IMG/VR virus record: IMGVR_UViG_3300030110_004856
Location: 17,585-81,584 of that record
DNA from: a virus
Length of the DNA: 64,000 nt
Direction: 5' to 3' (one strand)
Shown here: positions 17,955 through 26,361 of the stretch, piece after piece
How the letters are laid out: every line of letters starts with the position of its first letter
Numbering within the stretch: position 1 is the stretch's first letter
Program-made: the position numbers and the translations under genes
Notes under the pieces: generated by a model
The model's database searches: none
Told to the model about the DNA's origin: nothing
Seen by the model: only the letters and a program-made list of their open reading frames with translations

Positions 17955-18580
17955 TGGGGGCGGAGCGAACCACGCTTCCGACACCACTACAAAGGAGACA
18001 GAACAACCGACCAGCCAACAGACAAACCACGCGATCCGAAACGATCGAACCGAGCCAGAACCGTGAACCCTAAGGGTTGAGTCCGGTGTCTCTCGCTAGC
18101 TTTCGTTTCCTGAATGAGACTCGTGTGAGATTGTGACACCCCCAGTGCGTTGTAGCCAGAGGGAGACGAGAGAGAATCCGTCCCCCGTGCAGATGTCCGG
18201 TGCGAGTTAATAACTCTGAACCACCCTGACTAATCTGCATCACCGCGTAAGGCCCTTGCTATCTGTCCCGTTTGTCTACGTAAGTCATGCACGCCGGGGT
18301 AATCAGCGAACCGGTCCCATGAAACTGCGGAAGCTAATCGGTTCCCTTCCTATCCCGCAGGCTTAGTGTGCCCAGTGTGCTCTATGCCTGGTTCACCTTT
18401 CGGTCCGTTCATAACCTCACAAGGTTGTATCGGTCGCACGTAGAGACTAGCGAGTCAACTGTTAGTTTTTGCACCATTTTGGTCGTGATCATTCATGATC
18501 ATGGCATGATTCCACCTTGCAGGGCAGTTATGAGCTGCCTTGCCTGATGGATTCTCTCCATCAATTGCCAACTAATTTAG
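17955..18580 (+). ncRNA. Candidate structured RNA / long 5' leader
   Basis: No convincing ORF; many stems seen by eye (see findings). No family recognised. Confidence 0.35.
18485..18502. promoter_or_regulatory. Near-palindromic 18 bp motif GTGATCATTCATGATCAT (copy 2)
   Basis: Matches 13884-13901; ~90 bp upstream of the first early gene. Confidence 0.45.
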
Positions 18581-18589
18581 GAGTCTTTT

Positions 18590-18910
18590 ATGACCATCCG
18601 ATTCATTCAACATCAGTTCGATCTCCCAGCAGACTGGGCAAGCTATTTATTCAACGGTGACGCAACATCGTTCGATCTTTATGAAGATGGAGACGAGCAG
18701 ATTGCGGGCATTGACAAGTTCATTGCAGATACAGGATTAGGTGATCCAAGTGAAGTCAGCCAAGAAACATTCTTCTTGAAGTATCACGATGCTCAGAACT
18801 ATGGTGTTCTTCCTTGTACTTGTGCAACTTACACGTTTCTTGAGCAGGTTGATGATCTACAGCCTGATCCTTCTTTAAGTGCAGCGGAACGCAATCCGTC
18901 CATGCGTTGA
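18590..18910 (+). CDS. Early hypothetical protein
   Basis: SD 'AGGAG' upstream; 'LPADWASYLFNGD' is typical of small phage early genes. Confidence 0.75.
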   Translation: MTIRFIQHQFDLPADWASYLFNGDATSFDLYEDGDEQIAGIDKFIADTGLGDPSEVSQETFFLKYHDAQNYGVLPCTCATYTFLEQVDDLQPDPSLSAAERNPSMR

Positions 18911-18954
18911 TACAAACTGCACAAACTATTTAACACAACAACAGGATTCTGATC

Positions 18955-19263
18955 ATGTCTTTTGATTCCCACGCGCTGACTGAACTTGAACTCATTGCAG
19001 AGAATGACTGCGGCGAACGTGTTAACACCGTTTACAAAGTACTGAGCAAGAAGCACAAACAAGGTATCTACGATATGGAACGCGCCATAGGCTACATAGA
19101 GCGCCAGTTAGTATTACCTGCTGCCAAAACTTATCTAATGGAGAACTGTTCAATGACTCAAGGACTGCGCAATACATTCCCTAAGTCCATGAGATTGCAA
19201 GTTGCTGAGAACATTGAGGCTAAGCAACGCGCTGAATTTAATCTAGGTAACTATTGGGAATGA
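18955..19263 (+). CDS. Early hypothetical protein
   Basis: 102 aa; 'ELELIAEND...KKHKQGIYD' pattern; upstream AGGA. Confidence 0.7.
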   Translation: MSFDSHALTELELIAENDCGERVNTVYKVLSKKHKQGIYDMERAIGYIERQLVLPAAKTYLMENCSMTQGLRNTFPKSMRLQVAENIEAKQRAEFNLGNYWE

Positions 19264-19304
19264 GTCCCACAACTAACAACAACACCAACAACAACACCAA
19301 CACC

Positions 19305-19553
19305 ATGACAACGGCAACACGAACCGCTAACCGCAAGATGACTAGGTGCATGTTATGCGTTGATATGTCACAGCGAGCAGTCTGGATTCGCATCACTGGC
19401 ACACTAGGTGACTGCATCGGCAGAATCGAAGATGTAGGCCTTGAAGTAGTAGAAGAACAGACGAAAGACTATGAAGGCGATCCACCATCAGAGTGGACCG
19501 GGACAATTCTTCTACGGGAATTGAAAGAAACTGATTACCTTCCCTGGATCTGA
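19305..19553 (+). CDS. Early hypothetical protein
   Basis: Start MTTATR after an (AAC)-rich leader. Confidence 0.6.
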   Translation: MTTATRTANRKMTRCMLCVDMSQRAVWIRITGTLGDCIGRIEDVGLEVVEEQTKDYEGDPPSEWTGTILLRELKETDYLPWI

Positions 19554-19593
19554 ACCAAACACCAACACCAACCACACCGACATCAACAAGACC

Positions 19594-20340
19594 ATGCAAA
19601 CTCCTTCGATCGATCAGATTAAGCAGAAGATTGCCAAGCTTCTGCGACTCGCTACATCAACCAATGCAAACGAAGCAGCGAACGCTGCTGATATGGTGCA
19701 CAAACTATGTGCAGAGCATGGTTTAACGCAGGACGCTATTGATCCTGACTGTGATAATCCTGACAACAAGGCAATAAACTGGGAAACTTTATACCAAGGC
19801 AATCGCAGAAACTTCGCTGAGATTAACTTGCTCACCGCAGTTGTTGAGCACTTTAACGGTGATCTATTGCTCTCTTGGAGTACTGAAAAGCAAGCCAATT
19901 GCTGTGAGATATTTGCATCACAAGGCAGGAAAATTGAGATCGAACTGTATTTTGAATATCTGCTAGAGACTATGAAGAAAGCCAGCAAGAGAGCGAAGCT
20001 TGAGAGTGATCCTTACAAATTAGATAGAGGCTATGAACGAAACTTTCAGAAAGCCTATGCTCAATCAGTTTGGAGTCGTATCAGACGGATGAAACGAGAG
20101 AAACAAGAACTAGCAAGGAGAACACAACACGAGCCTGCATTAGTTGCTGTCTCTCGTGGTAATAAGGAGCAAGCAAACAACACTGCATTAATGCATAAGT
20201 TAAATCCACGTATCAGCAAAGGTACTAGTCAAGCTAGAGCCCATGGCTCAGGTGCAATGTCTGGCAGAGATGCAGGCAGTTCAGTCTCACTCTCTAGACA
20301 GATGAACAATTCAAGCATGCGAGCACTACCTGGCTCTTAA
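19594..20340 (+). CDS. DUF2786 domain protein
   Basis: 'IKQKIAKLLRLATSTNANEAANAADMVHKLCAEHGL' N-terminus and 'AMSGRDAGSSVSL' C-terminus. Confidence 0.85.
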   Translation: MQTPSIDQIKQKIAKLLRLATSTNANEAANAADMVHKLCAEHGLTQDAIDPDCDNPDNKAINWETLYQGNRRNFAEINLLTAVVEHFNGDLLLSWSTEKQANCCEIFASQGRKIEIELYFEYLLETMKKASKRAKLESDPYKLDRGYERNFQKAYAQSVWSRIRRMKREKQELARRTQHEPALVAVSRGNKEQANNTALMHKLNPRISKGTSQARAHGSGAMSGRDAGSSVSLSRQMNNSSMRALPGS

Positions 20341-20370
20341 TTCTCACTCACAAACAACACTACTAAGACT

Positions 20371-21231
20371 ATGAAACGCGTCACACTTCCCGCTCACATT
20401 CGTACCTTCAAGCAACAACACGATGTGCGCAGTCTGCTCACAGAAACTAACCCTAAGGTTCTCAAGAACGACAAAGTTCTAGACATTCCCACAGCGGTGT
20501 TGCACCTGCTTCCGAAGTATCGCGGGACATGTCCATACGCTGCTAGCTGTGCATCCCTTTGTCTACATAGTGCAGGGAATCCTGCTTACATGCGAGGCAA
20601 GCAAGCGTCACGCAAACGTAAGACTGATGCATTCATGAACGACCGAGAATTCTTCATGGAGTTGTTGCTGATCGAGCTAGTTAAGTTCGCCAGCAAGCAC
20701 AAAGACTCAGTGCAACTAGGTGCACGACTGAACGGAACTAGCGATATCCGCTGGGAACGTGAGTCAATCAACGTGCAGCCTGAGACTTCAGAGTATCTTG
20801 ATCGGCGGTTCGGTTTCTATATCGCTCCAGGTAGATACAGAAACATTATGTTCTGCCTCAATGTTCACCGTGGTGTAAATATGCAGGGCTCACTGTTCCA
20901 GTTCTATGACTACACAAAGCGACCGGATCGCTACTGGGATGTTTGCAAAGCAGACAATTATCACCTGACGATGAGCGAAGGATCGTCTGCTGATACCTTC
21001 CGAGTCGCATTAGATAACGGTCTGAACTTAGCTGCAGCTTTTAACATCAAGCGCAGCGAGTCTCTACCTGAGACTGTTACTCTCCACGGCATTGAATTCA
21101 TAGTGCTAGATGGCGATGTCACAGACTTCAGACCATACGATGCATCACATGGAACGCACATCGTCGGTCTCAGACTCAAGCGTGTTCCAGGCATGACTCA
21201 AGACCAGATCAATTCATTCTGCATTGCTTAA
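20371..21231 (+). CDS. Phage gp88-like protein (radical-SAM-like Cys cluster)
   Basis: 'CPYAASCASLCLHSAG', 'RLNGTSDIRW', 'QFYDYTK', 'NYHLTMS', 'DGDVTDFR', 'IVGLRLK'. Confidence 0.75.
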   Translation: MKRVTLPAHIRTFKQQHDVRSLLTETNPKVLKNDKVLDIPTAVLHLLPKYRGTCPYAASCASLCLHSAGNPAYMRGKQASRKRKTDAFMNDREFFMELLLIELVKFASKHKDSVQLGARLNGTSDIRWERESINVQPETSEYLDRRFGFYIAPGRYRNIMFCLNVHRGVNMQGSLFQFYDYTKRPDRYWDVCKADNYHLTMSEGSSADTFRVALDNGLNLAAAFNIKRSESLPETVTLHGIEFIVLDGDVTDFRPYDASHGTHIVGLRLKRVPGMTQDQINSFCIA

Positions 21232-21233
21232 TC

Positions 21234-21419
21234 ATGACCAAACTCAAGCGTTTCGACTTTCACTACACTCAAACAATTGAAGGTGTTGAATCTCAACAGA
21301 CTCAGACTATCTACGCTTTTGATCGACCTTGTGCTTGTGAGAAATGGTGTCGTATGAAACACACCATCCCATCTGCTACGCAAACACTGAATGAAATTCG
21401 GGAATTTATTAGATCATGA
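21234..21419 (+). CDS. Hypothetical protein
   Basis: 61 aa, in the early gene run. Confidence 0.55.
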   Translation: MTKLKRFDFHYTQTIEGVESQQTQTIYAFDRPCACEKWCRMKHTIPSATQTLNEIREFIRS

Positions 21420-21553
21420 CACTCACAGAAATCACCGACTACATCAACACAAACTGGCCTGAGATCACTGATGCCAACCACGCTGCACAAATGGTCTTAG
21501 GAATGCAGGATAAGCACTGCATTGACACTATTCTAGGTTTTTATGTGCGCTAA
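21416..21553 (+). CDS. Hypothetical protein
   Basis: 45 aa ORF MTLTEITDYINTNWPE..., ATGA overlap with the upstream stop. Confidence 0.5.
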   Translation: MTLTEITDYINTNWPEITDANHAAQMVLGMQDKHCIDTILGFYVR

Positions 21554-21555
21554 AT

Positions 21556-21714
21556 ATGAAAACCTTTGAGATTAGCTTCCGCAAACCAGTTCGGAAAGAC
21601 TGGTCACAACAGGCTCACGTTGTGATCAGGGCTGAGACTCGATCCGATGCATTGAAAGCATTCCAAAAGGATTATGAGTTCTCATTCATCTACAATGTCA
21701 CTGAGCTACACTAG
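21556..21714 (+). CDS. Hypothetical protein
   Basis: 52 aa ORF MKTFEISFRK.... Confidence 0.5.
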   Translation: MKTFEISFRKPVRKDWSQQAHVVIRAETRSDALKAFQKDYEFSFIYNVTELH

Positions 21715-21747
21715 ACAACACAGAACACCTATTCTTCTTTTCTGATC

Positions 21748-22005
21748 ATGAACATCATCAAGAACACAATCGCAGCAGCATCAGTCCTCGTCTGCTGTAT
21801 GGGCAATGAGATGCCCGCCAAGGCTTACAACTTGCACTGCATGAACATTGGTAGCACGATGCGAACCTGCAATGACAGCAACGGAAACAGCGGAACTTAT
21901 CAACGCTTCGGAAACTTCGAGAACATCAACATCAACGGTGGTGGACGAAATGTTTCCTGCTACAGGCAATACATCGGCAATCAAGTTTACATTAACTGCA
22001 ACTAA
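21748..22005 (+). CDS. Small exported-type protein
   Basis: Signal-peptide-like N-terminus ending 'PAKA' and Cys-containing beta-hairpin repeats. Confidence 0.6.
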   Translation: MNIIKNTIAAASVLVCCMGNEMPAKAYNLHCMNIGSTMRTCNDSNGNSGTYQRFGNFENININGGGRNVSCYRQYIGNQVYINCN

Positions 22006-22472
22006 TCAATCTCTACATGCTTCCATTTCTTTCTGTTCAACACATCACTTATGTTTTGGTGAGAAACACCATACACTTCAGCAATCTCACGCAGCCGTAA
22101 TCCTTTCTGTCTCAGCTCAAAGATTGGTTTGATGTCAGACTCTTTGAGCTTTGCATTCTTGTGTCTTTCACCTCTGTTCGCATTACTTCTATTCTCACTC
22201 TTTAACTTCCACTCACAGTTTCCATCTTCATAGTTACCCTGGTCATCTTTCCTAGAAATCCGCCAATCCTTTCCTGGTCTCTCACCCATGTCTTCTAAGA
22301 ACCCTTCGAACTTCATCCACTTCTCGCAGACTCCCACGCCGCTGCCACCGTAGAGATGGAAACCACTTGAATTAGGGTTCAAACATCTCTGTTTCATGCC
22401 GAACCAACTGACATATGTAAGGGACCACTTTCCCCCAAGTACGTGACCATGCTTTACTGTACCTTTCATCAC
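22002..22472 (-). CDS. HNH-type homing endonuclease-like protein with C-terminal HTH
   Basis: 'YVSWFGMKQRCLNPN...YGG.GVGVCEKW.KFEGFLEDMGERP...GNYEDGNCEW' family plus HTH 'LREIAEVYGVSHQNIS'; antisense to its neighbours. Confidence 0.8.
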   Translation of the reverse strand: MMKGTVKHGHVLGGKWSLTYVSWFGMKQRCLNPNSSGFHLYGGSGVGVCEKWMKFEGFLEDMGERPGKDWRISRKDDQGNYEDGNCEWKLKSENRSNANRGERHKNAKLKESDIKPIFELRQKGLRLREIAEVYGVSHQNISDVLNRKKWKHVEID

Positions 22473-22521
22473 AACTAGCTCAAGAGGCTACACTCTAATC
22501 ACAACTAACAAGACTGCAACT

Positions 22522-22746
22522 ATGGCTTACAGAATCCCTACAGACACACAGCTCAGACTGTATGCGCTTCTAATCATGGAAGCAAACCAACCAGACAGAG
22601 ATAAACAGAACTGGACATCAAAGGCCATTGAGTACAGCAACATTCTCAAGAGCGAGGGAACTAGTCCAGAGTTCCTCGACGGATTTAAACGTGCCGTTAC
22701 CTTGCTCGAAGTCCTGGAACCAGAAACACCTATCACGCAGAATTGA
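22522..22746 (+). CDS. Hypothetical protein
   Basis: ORF track; early run. Confidence 0.55.
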   Translation: MAYRIPTDTQLRLYALLIMEANQPDRDKQNWTSKAIEYSNILKSEGTSPEFLDGFKRAVTLLEVLEPETPITQN

Positions 22747-22749
22747 CCG

Positions 22750-22974
22750 ATGCCATTCAACAAAGAAGCCCAAATCTGCATCACACTCAGTGAGTCTGAC
22801 TACCTTGAAGTTCGTGACGCGATCTCAAGCTCCAGCTCAAAATGTTTGATTCGTTCTCTCAAAGATGACTATGAACATGCCAACGGAGCACGACTCAGGC
22901 ACCAACAACTCGATCGCATCAAAGGTCATTTTGACGATCACTACAAGAACTTTATCCAAGCAAAGATGAAATGA
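22750..22974 (+). CDS. Hypothetical protein
   Basis: ORF track; coupled. Confidence 0.55.
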   Translation: MPFNKEAQICITLSESDYLEVRDAISSSSSKCLIRSLKDDYEHANGARLRHQQLDRIKGHFDDHYKNFIQAKMK

Positions 22975-23213
22975 AGAAAGAACTTACCAGAGATCAGTTA
23001 ATAGCTGTGGTTGACTTCGTGCTCAACGGCATGGATTCCACGCAGTTACTGCAACTCTCTCAAGACATCTCCCACAAACGAACTTCGCTCCAAAACTCAC
23101 AATCAACCAACAACTTCCAAACCAACAACGACACAAACCTCTGTAACGGTCTGGAATTTCTAGACGTTATGACCAAAGCAACACTGGACATTCGTTTTTC
23201 TGAAGCGGAATGA
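22971..23213 (+). CDS. Hypothetical protein
   Basis: ATGA overlaps on both sides. Confidence 0.55.
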   Translation: MKKELTRDQLIAVVDFVLNGMDSTQLLQLSQDISHKRTSLQNSQSTNNFQTNNDTNLCNGLEFLDVMTKATLDIRFSEAE

Positions 23214-23431
23214 AACATCACAAGGACCTCACAACAGAAGAACAGATCTCTTACCGCCAATGGGCACGAGACAACTACGTACCATTCACACCAATCGATG
23301 GGACTTGGCATCCTGAAGTTCAGTTTGAGTGTGCCTTCATCAACAAAATCACCCCGCTTAAAAATCTCAGTGAAGTTTCCTCACAACAAACAAGTAAGTC
23401 TCCTAAACCTGGAAATGTTTCAAGCAGCTGA
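23210..23431 (+). CDS. Hypothetical protein
   Basis: 'YRQWARDNY...WHPEVQFEC' small phage protein. Confidence 0.6.
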   Translation: MKHHKDLTTEEQISYRQWARDNYVPFTPIDGTWHPEVQFECAFINKITPLKNLSEVSSQQTSKSPKPGNVSSS

Positions 23432-23669
23432 TGTAAATGCCACACTAAACCAACTCAAGTATTTCCTGTTCATCTGCAACTGCAACGGATCAGACGTTAG
23501 TAGTAAGGATGTGGCTGCTTACTTTCAAATAGAGCGTCACACTCACAACAAAATTCTTCAACGACTGGTCAACATGGAGTTCATCACACTGGAAGTTATC
23601 AACAACCAACGCAAGAAGATTCACATGGCTCAGAAAGGTTGGGAGTTCTACTTAAAGCTTCCCGATTAA
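23415..23669 (+). CDS. Winged-helix (MarR-like) DNA-binding protein
   Basis: 'TLNQLKYFLFI...SSKDVAAYFQIERHTHNKILQRLVNMEFI...RKKIHMAQKG'. Confidence 0.7.
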   Translation: MFQAADVNATLNQLKYFLFICNCNGSDVSSKDVAAYFQIERHTHNKILQRLVNMEFITLEVINNQRKKIHMAQKGWEFYLKLPD

Positions 23670-23673
23670 CCCT

Positions 23674-24249
23674 GTGGATCTATGTAACCCACGCCGCTAT
23701 AGTGACAGCGACTTAATCACCTCTTCTGTGTCTATTCTTCCTGATCATCAGATTCAAATTCTGTGTAATGCAGGAATGATCAGTCCATACGATCCAGAGT
23801 TAGTTAATCCAGCATCACTCGATGTCAGATTGGGTAACGAGTTGATGGTTGAACAGGAAGAACATGAGCAGATGAGGAAGCTGTCGATTGAGAAATTCGA
23901 TCGAGATTCACCTTTCTATTTGTACCCAGGGGAGTTTGTACTCGCTCATACGATGGAAACATTCAAAGTTCCATCGAACGTAACAGGACAGTTTGCACTC
24001 AAGTCATCGACAGCACGTTCAGGCTTTGAGCATCTGATGGCTGGCTACATAGATCCAGGCTTTTGGAATTCTGTCCTGACTCTGGAACTTAAGAACGCTC
24101 GTCAGATGGCACCGATTCCAATGTGGCCTGGTATGAGGATTGGGCAAATTGTATGGACTCGCATGCAAGCACCGCCCACCAAAACCTACCGAGAGACAGG
24201 CAGGTACAACAACGACCCCACCGTTACTACCACCAAAGGCTGGTTGTAG
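23674..24249 (+). CDS. dcd: dCTP deaminase
   Basis: 'NPASLDVRLG', 'PGEFVLAHTMETF', 'KSSTARSG', 'AGYIDPGF', 'LTLEL', 'PGMRIGQI'. Confidence 0.93.
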   Translation: MDLCNPRRYSDSDLITSSVSILPDHQIQILCNAGMISPYDPELVNPASLDVRLGNELMVEQEEHEQMRKLSIEKFDRDSPFYLYPGEFVLAHTMETFKVPSNVTGQFALKSSTARSGFEHLMAGYIDPGFWNSVLTLELKNARQMAPIPMWPGMRIGQIVWTRMQAPPTKTYRETGRYNNDPTVTTTKGWL

Positions 24250-24309
24250 TGATCACATAGTGATACCGAAATCCAACTGGGTATTTCCCTAACTCTTTTC
24301 AACGCGAGA

Positions 24310-24460
24310 TTTCTTGACAGAATGGCGCAGCCTTTGTGCTGTGTAAAGTGTTCAGCAGTTTATTAACTATTTGAGCTTTATACAAAGTTTAGATTGCGCG
24401 ACAATTTGTCAAGTTTCTCTTTGTTATAGAAGTTTTTAAGAATACCCTTCTGGACTTCGG
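24310..24460 (+). repeat. Dispersed non-coding element, copy B
   Basis: TTCTTGACAGAATGGCG ... GCGCGACAATTTGTCAAG-N5-CTTTGTTATAGAA-N20-GGACT; same layout at 62135-62310. Confidence 0.75.
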
Positions 24461-24517
24461 GACGCACTGTTGTTTCCAGTGAGACCCATGAGTCAGGAGT
24501 TTTATCTTGACCAACCC

Positions 24518-24546
24518 TTGACGCCATGCTCCTATGGCTCTAGGAT
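24518..24546 (+). promoter_or_regulatory. Sigma70-type promoter
   Basis: TTGACG-N17-TAGGAT upstream of 24590. Confidence 0.65.
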
Positions 24547-24589
24547 TTATACACGCCTCAACTGAGGCACACATCATTTCGGAGATCAA

Positions 24590-25057
24590 ATGACTAGACA
24601 CACCCAGATCAGACGGCGAGGGCAGGCAGTAGCTGACTGCTTCTGTGAGCTACAGGAGATCATCGACTCGTCCGAGCCTTTCGCGAACGCTTTGGATGAA
24701 GCGAAGCAAGAGCTGCTCGAAGTCTTGAACGACGAGTCAGTGATCGAAGGCGAAGTGAGTCTCGACGATTACAAAGGAGATGACTCCGCGTTTAAGTACC
24801 CTGAGCAAGGGCTGAACATTGTCCTTCAGCCGAAGTATGTTCTGGTGCTCAACTCTGATGTTCTTGAGCCAAAGGCAATGACCTTGGCTAAAGAACGCAT
24901 CGCTCGACATGAGTCTGCACTCAAGAAAGCGAAGCTTGATCTGAAGAACGAAGAGGAGAAGCTCGTGGTCACAGGCAAAGCCACGCGCTGCGTCAAGTCG
25001 TTTGGACTGGCGCTCCGCAAGATTGCCAAGCTCGTCACACCCATGGAGATCGACTGA
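24590..25057 (+). CDS. Hypothetical protein
   Basis: 155 aa with coiled-coil; SD GGAG. Confidence 0.65.
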   Translation: MTRHTQIRRRGQAVADCFCELQEIIDSSEPFANALDEAKQELLEVLNDESVIEGEVSLDDYKGDDSAFKYPEQGLNIVLQPKYVLVLNSDVLEPKAMTLAKERIARHESALKKAKLDLKNEEEKLVVTGKATRCVKSFGLALRKIAKLVTPMEID

Positions 25058-26268
25058 TGACCAACGATGTGTTTCTGCTGAACGTCACAGTGTCCAGCAA
25101 GGTGCGCCAGACCATTCAATTCAAGATGAAGGATCTGCAACTACCGCACCAAACTATTGAAACTCTCGAAGAGCATGGTGCGGTCAGTATCAGACCAAAC
25201 CTATCGAACCTGCTCAAAGAGTTTCTGAGCGAGCTGCGCCTGGAGCAGAGCAAGATCTATTTAGATCATTGCATCAGCCACGGCGAAAGCCACTTCTTGA
25301 TGGCTCACCACTTCACTGATGCCATGGCTCAGATCAGAGCAATGCGCAGCCGTCTCAACGCTATGAACGAAGCACTAGCAGTTGAGTGGTACTCAGAAAT
25401 GCGACGGTGGGAAAAGATGGTGAACAAAACCATCGAACCTTTGTTCGCTGATCCTGAATCACAGGAGCTAGTTAAGGCTGCCTACATGAATGTCTTCCCT
25501 GAGAAGGAAGCATTCGCCAAAGCAATCGAGATCGATGTTGTTGGTCCTCTTCCTGTGTCTTTAGATGTGGCTTCGTCTCCTGGTGACACCCTTCAGGAGC
25601 AGATGGCATACGAAGCAGCTTGCAACACCCAAGCTGTCTATACCGCTGCCCAAAAGAATGCAAAAGACAAAGCTCTCAAACGATTTGCAGTCTTCATTGA
25701 CGATCTAGACATTCGCATCAGCACCAATGTCGGCGATCGTCAGACTGGTGGCAACTCCGATCGACGTGGGTCATGGGAGGTAGCAGCAGAAGAACTGGCA
25801 GTTATTGCTGACCACGTGCCTGGCTTGGATCTTGTAAAAGAAATCACTCACAACATCCTGAACCAAGGACGCAGGATGAAGAACAGCAAACTGAGTGCTC
25901 GCGAACGTAGCGAAGCATTTACAGCCTTCAATCGTTTACGAGAAGAGTTGAGAACAGAGCTAACAACAATCGTTGGAAGATCTGAATCCACTGAGGGAAT
26001 GCAAGCTCTGCAAACTTCACTCTCTGTCACCAGTGAGTATCAAAACATTTTGTCTGGCATGAAACATTGCGAGACAAACCAACAACTAGAAGAAATTCTC
26101 TTGCAAGCTGAGACTTTCACTCTTTGTAGTAATCAAAGAGTCAAGGCAATTAACCAAGCAGCTCAAAGACAAAGGGAATTCATTGCGGCAAAGCATGTTA
26201 GTGTAGACCAGGAGCTAGAGACTATTGAAGAAATTAAAAACCAATCAGAGGAAGACATTGACTTCTAA
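25057..26268 (+). CDS. Helical protein, possibly DUF3150-like
   Basis: 403 aa helical protein directly upstream of an AAA+VWA pair; N-terminal 'LLNVTVS' and 'YMNVFPEKEAF' recall DUF3150 (inference). Confidence 0.5.
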   Translation: MTNDVFLLNVTVSSKVRQTIQFKMKDLQLPHQTIETLEEHGAVSIRPNLSNLLKEFLSELRLEQSKIYLDHCISHGESHFLMAHHFTDAMAQIRAMRSRLNAMNEALAVEWYSEMRRWEKMVNKTIEPLFADPESQELVKAAYMNVFPEKEAFAKAIEIDVVGPLPVSLDVASSPGDTLQEQMAYEAACNTQAVYTAAQKNAKDKALKRFAVFIDDLDIRISTNVGDRQTGGNSDRRGSWEVAAEELAVIADHVPGLDLVKEITHNILNQGRRMKNSKLSARERSEAFTAFNRLREELRTELTTIVGRSESTEGMQALQTSLSVTSEYQNILSGMKHCETNQQLEEILLQAETFTLCSNQRVKAINQAAQRQREFIAAKHVSVDQELETIEEIKNQSEEDIDF

Positions 26269-26361
26269 CACTTACCCCTGGTTACGAGCAGCAAAGACCA
26301 TTGACGGACCTTACCGTCGCCCACGCTTCTCTTTCATTAAACGACTTCTCGCTTTATTCAC

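Larger units (their letters stand above)
17400..18589. other. Large non-coding divergence region (possible genome end/origin/early control region)
   Basis: Strand switch; AT-rich 17580-17830 with direct and inverted repeats, then a hairpin-rich segment. Confidence 0.65.

Noticed and set aside
17882-18073. 63 aa ORF in the divergence region
   Set aside because: TTG start, no RBS, low-complexity product; cannot be fully excluded.
18112-18130. TGAGACTC-type motif (also ~24480 and ~61241)
   Set aside because: Only 7-9 bp matches with inconsistent context; too weak to call.
18540-18570. Hammerhead ribozyme
   Set aside because: CTGATGG instead of CTGATGA, and no GAAA core after stem II.
24389-24601. 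70 aa minus ORF (also 62074-62364 and 62124-62336)
   Set aside because: These overlap the repeated non-coding element and promoters, and their translations are not conserved between element copies.
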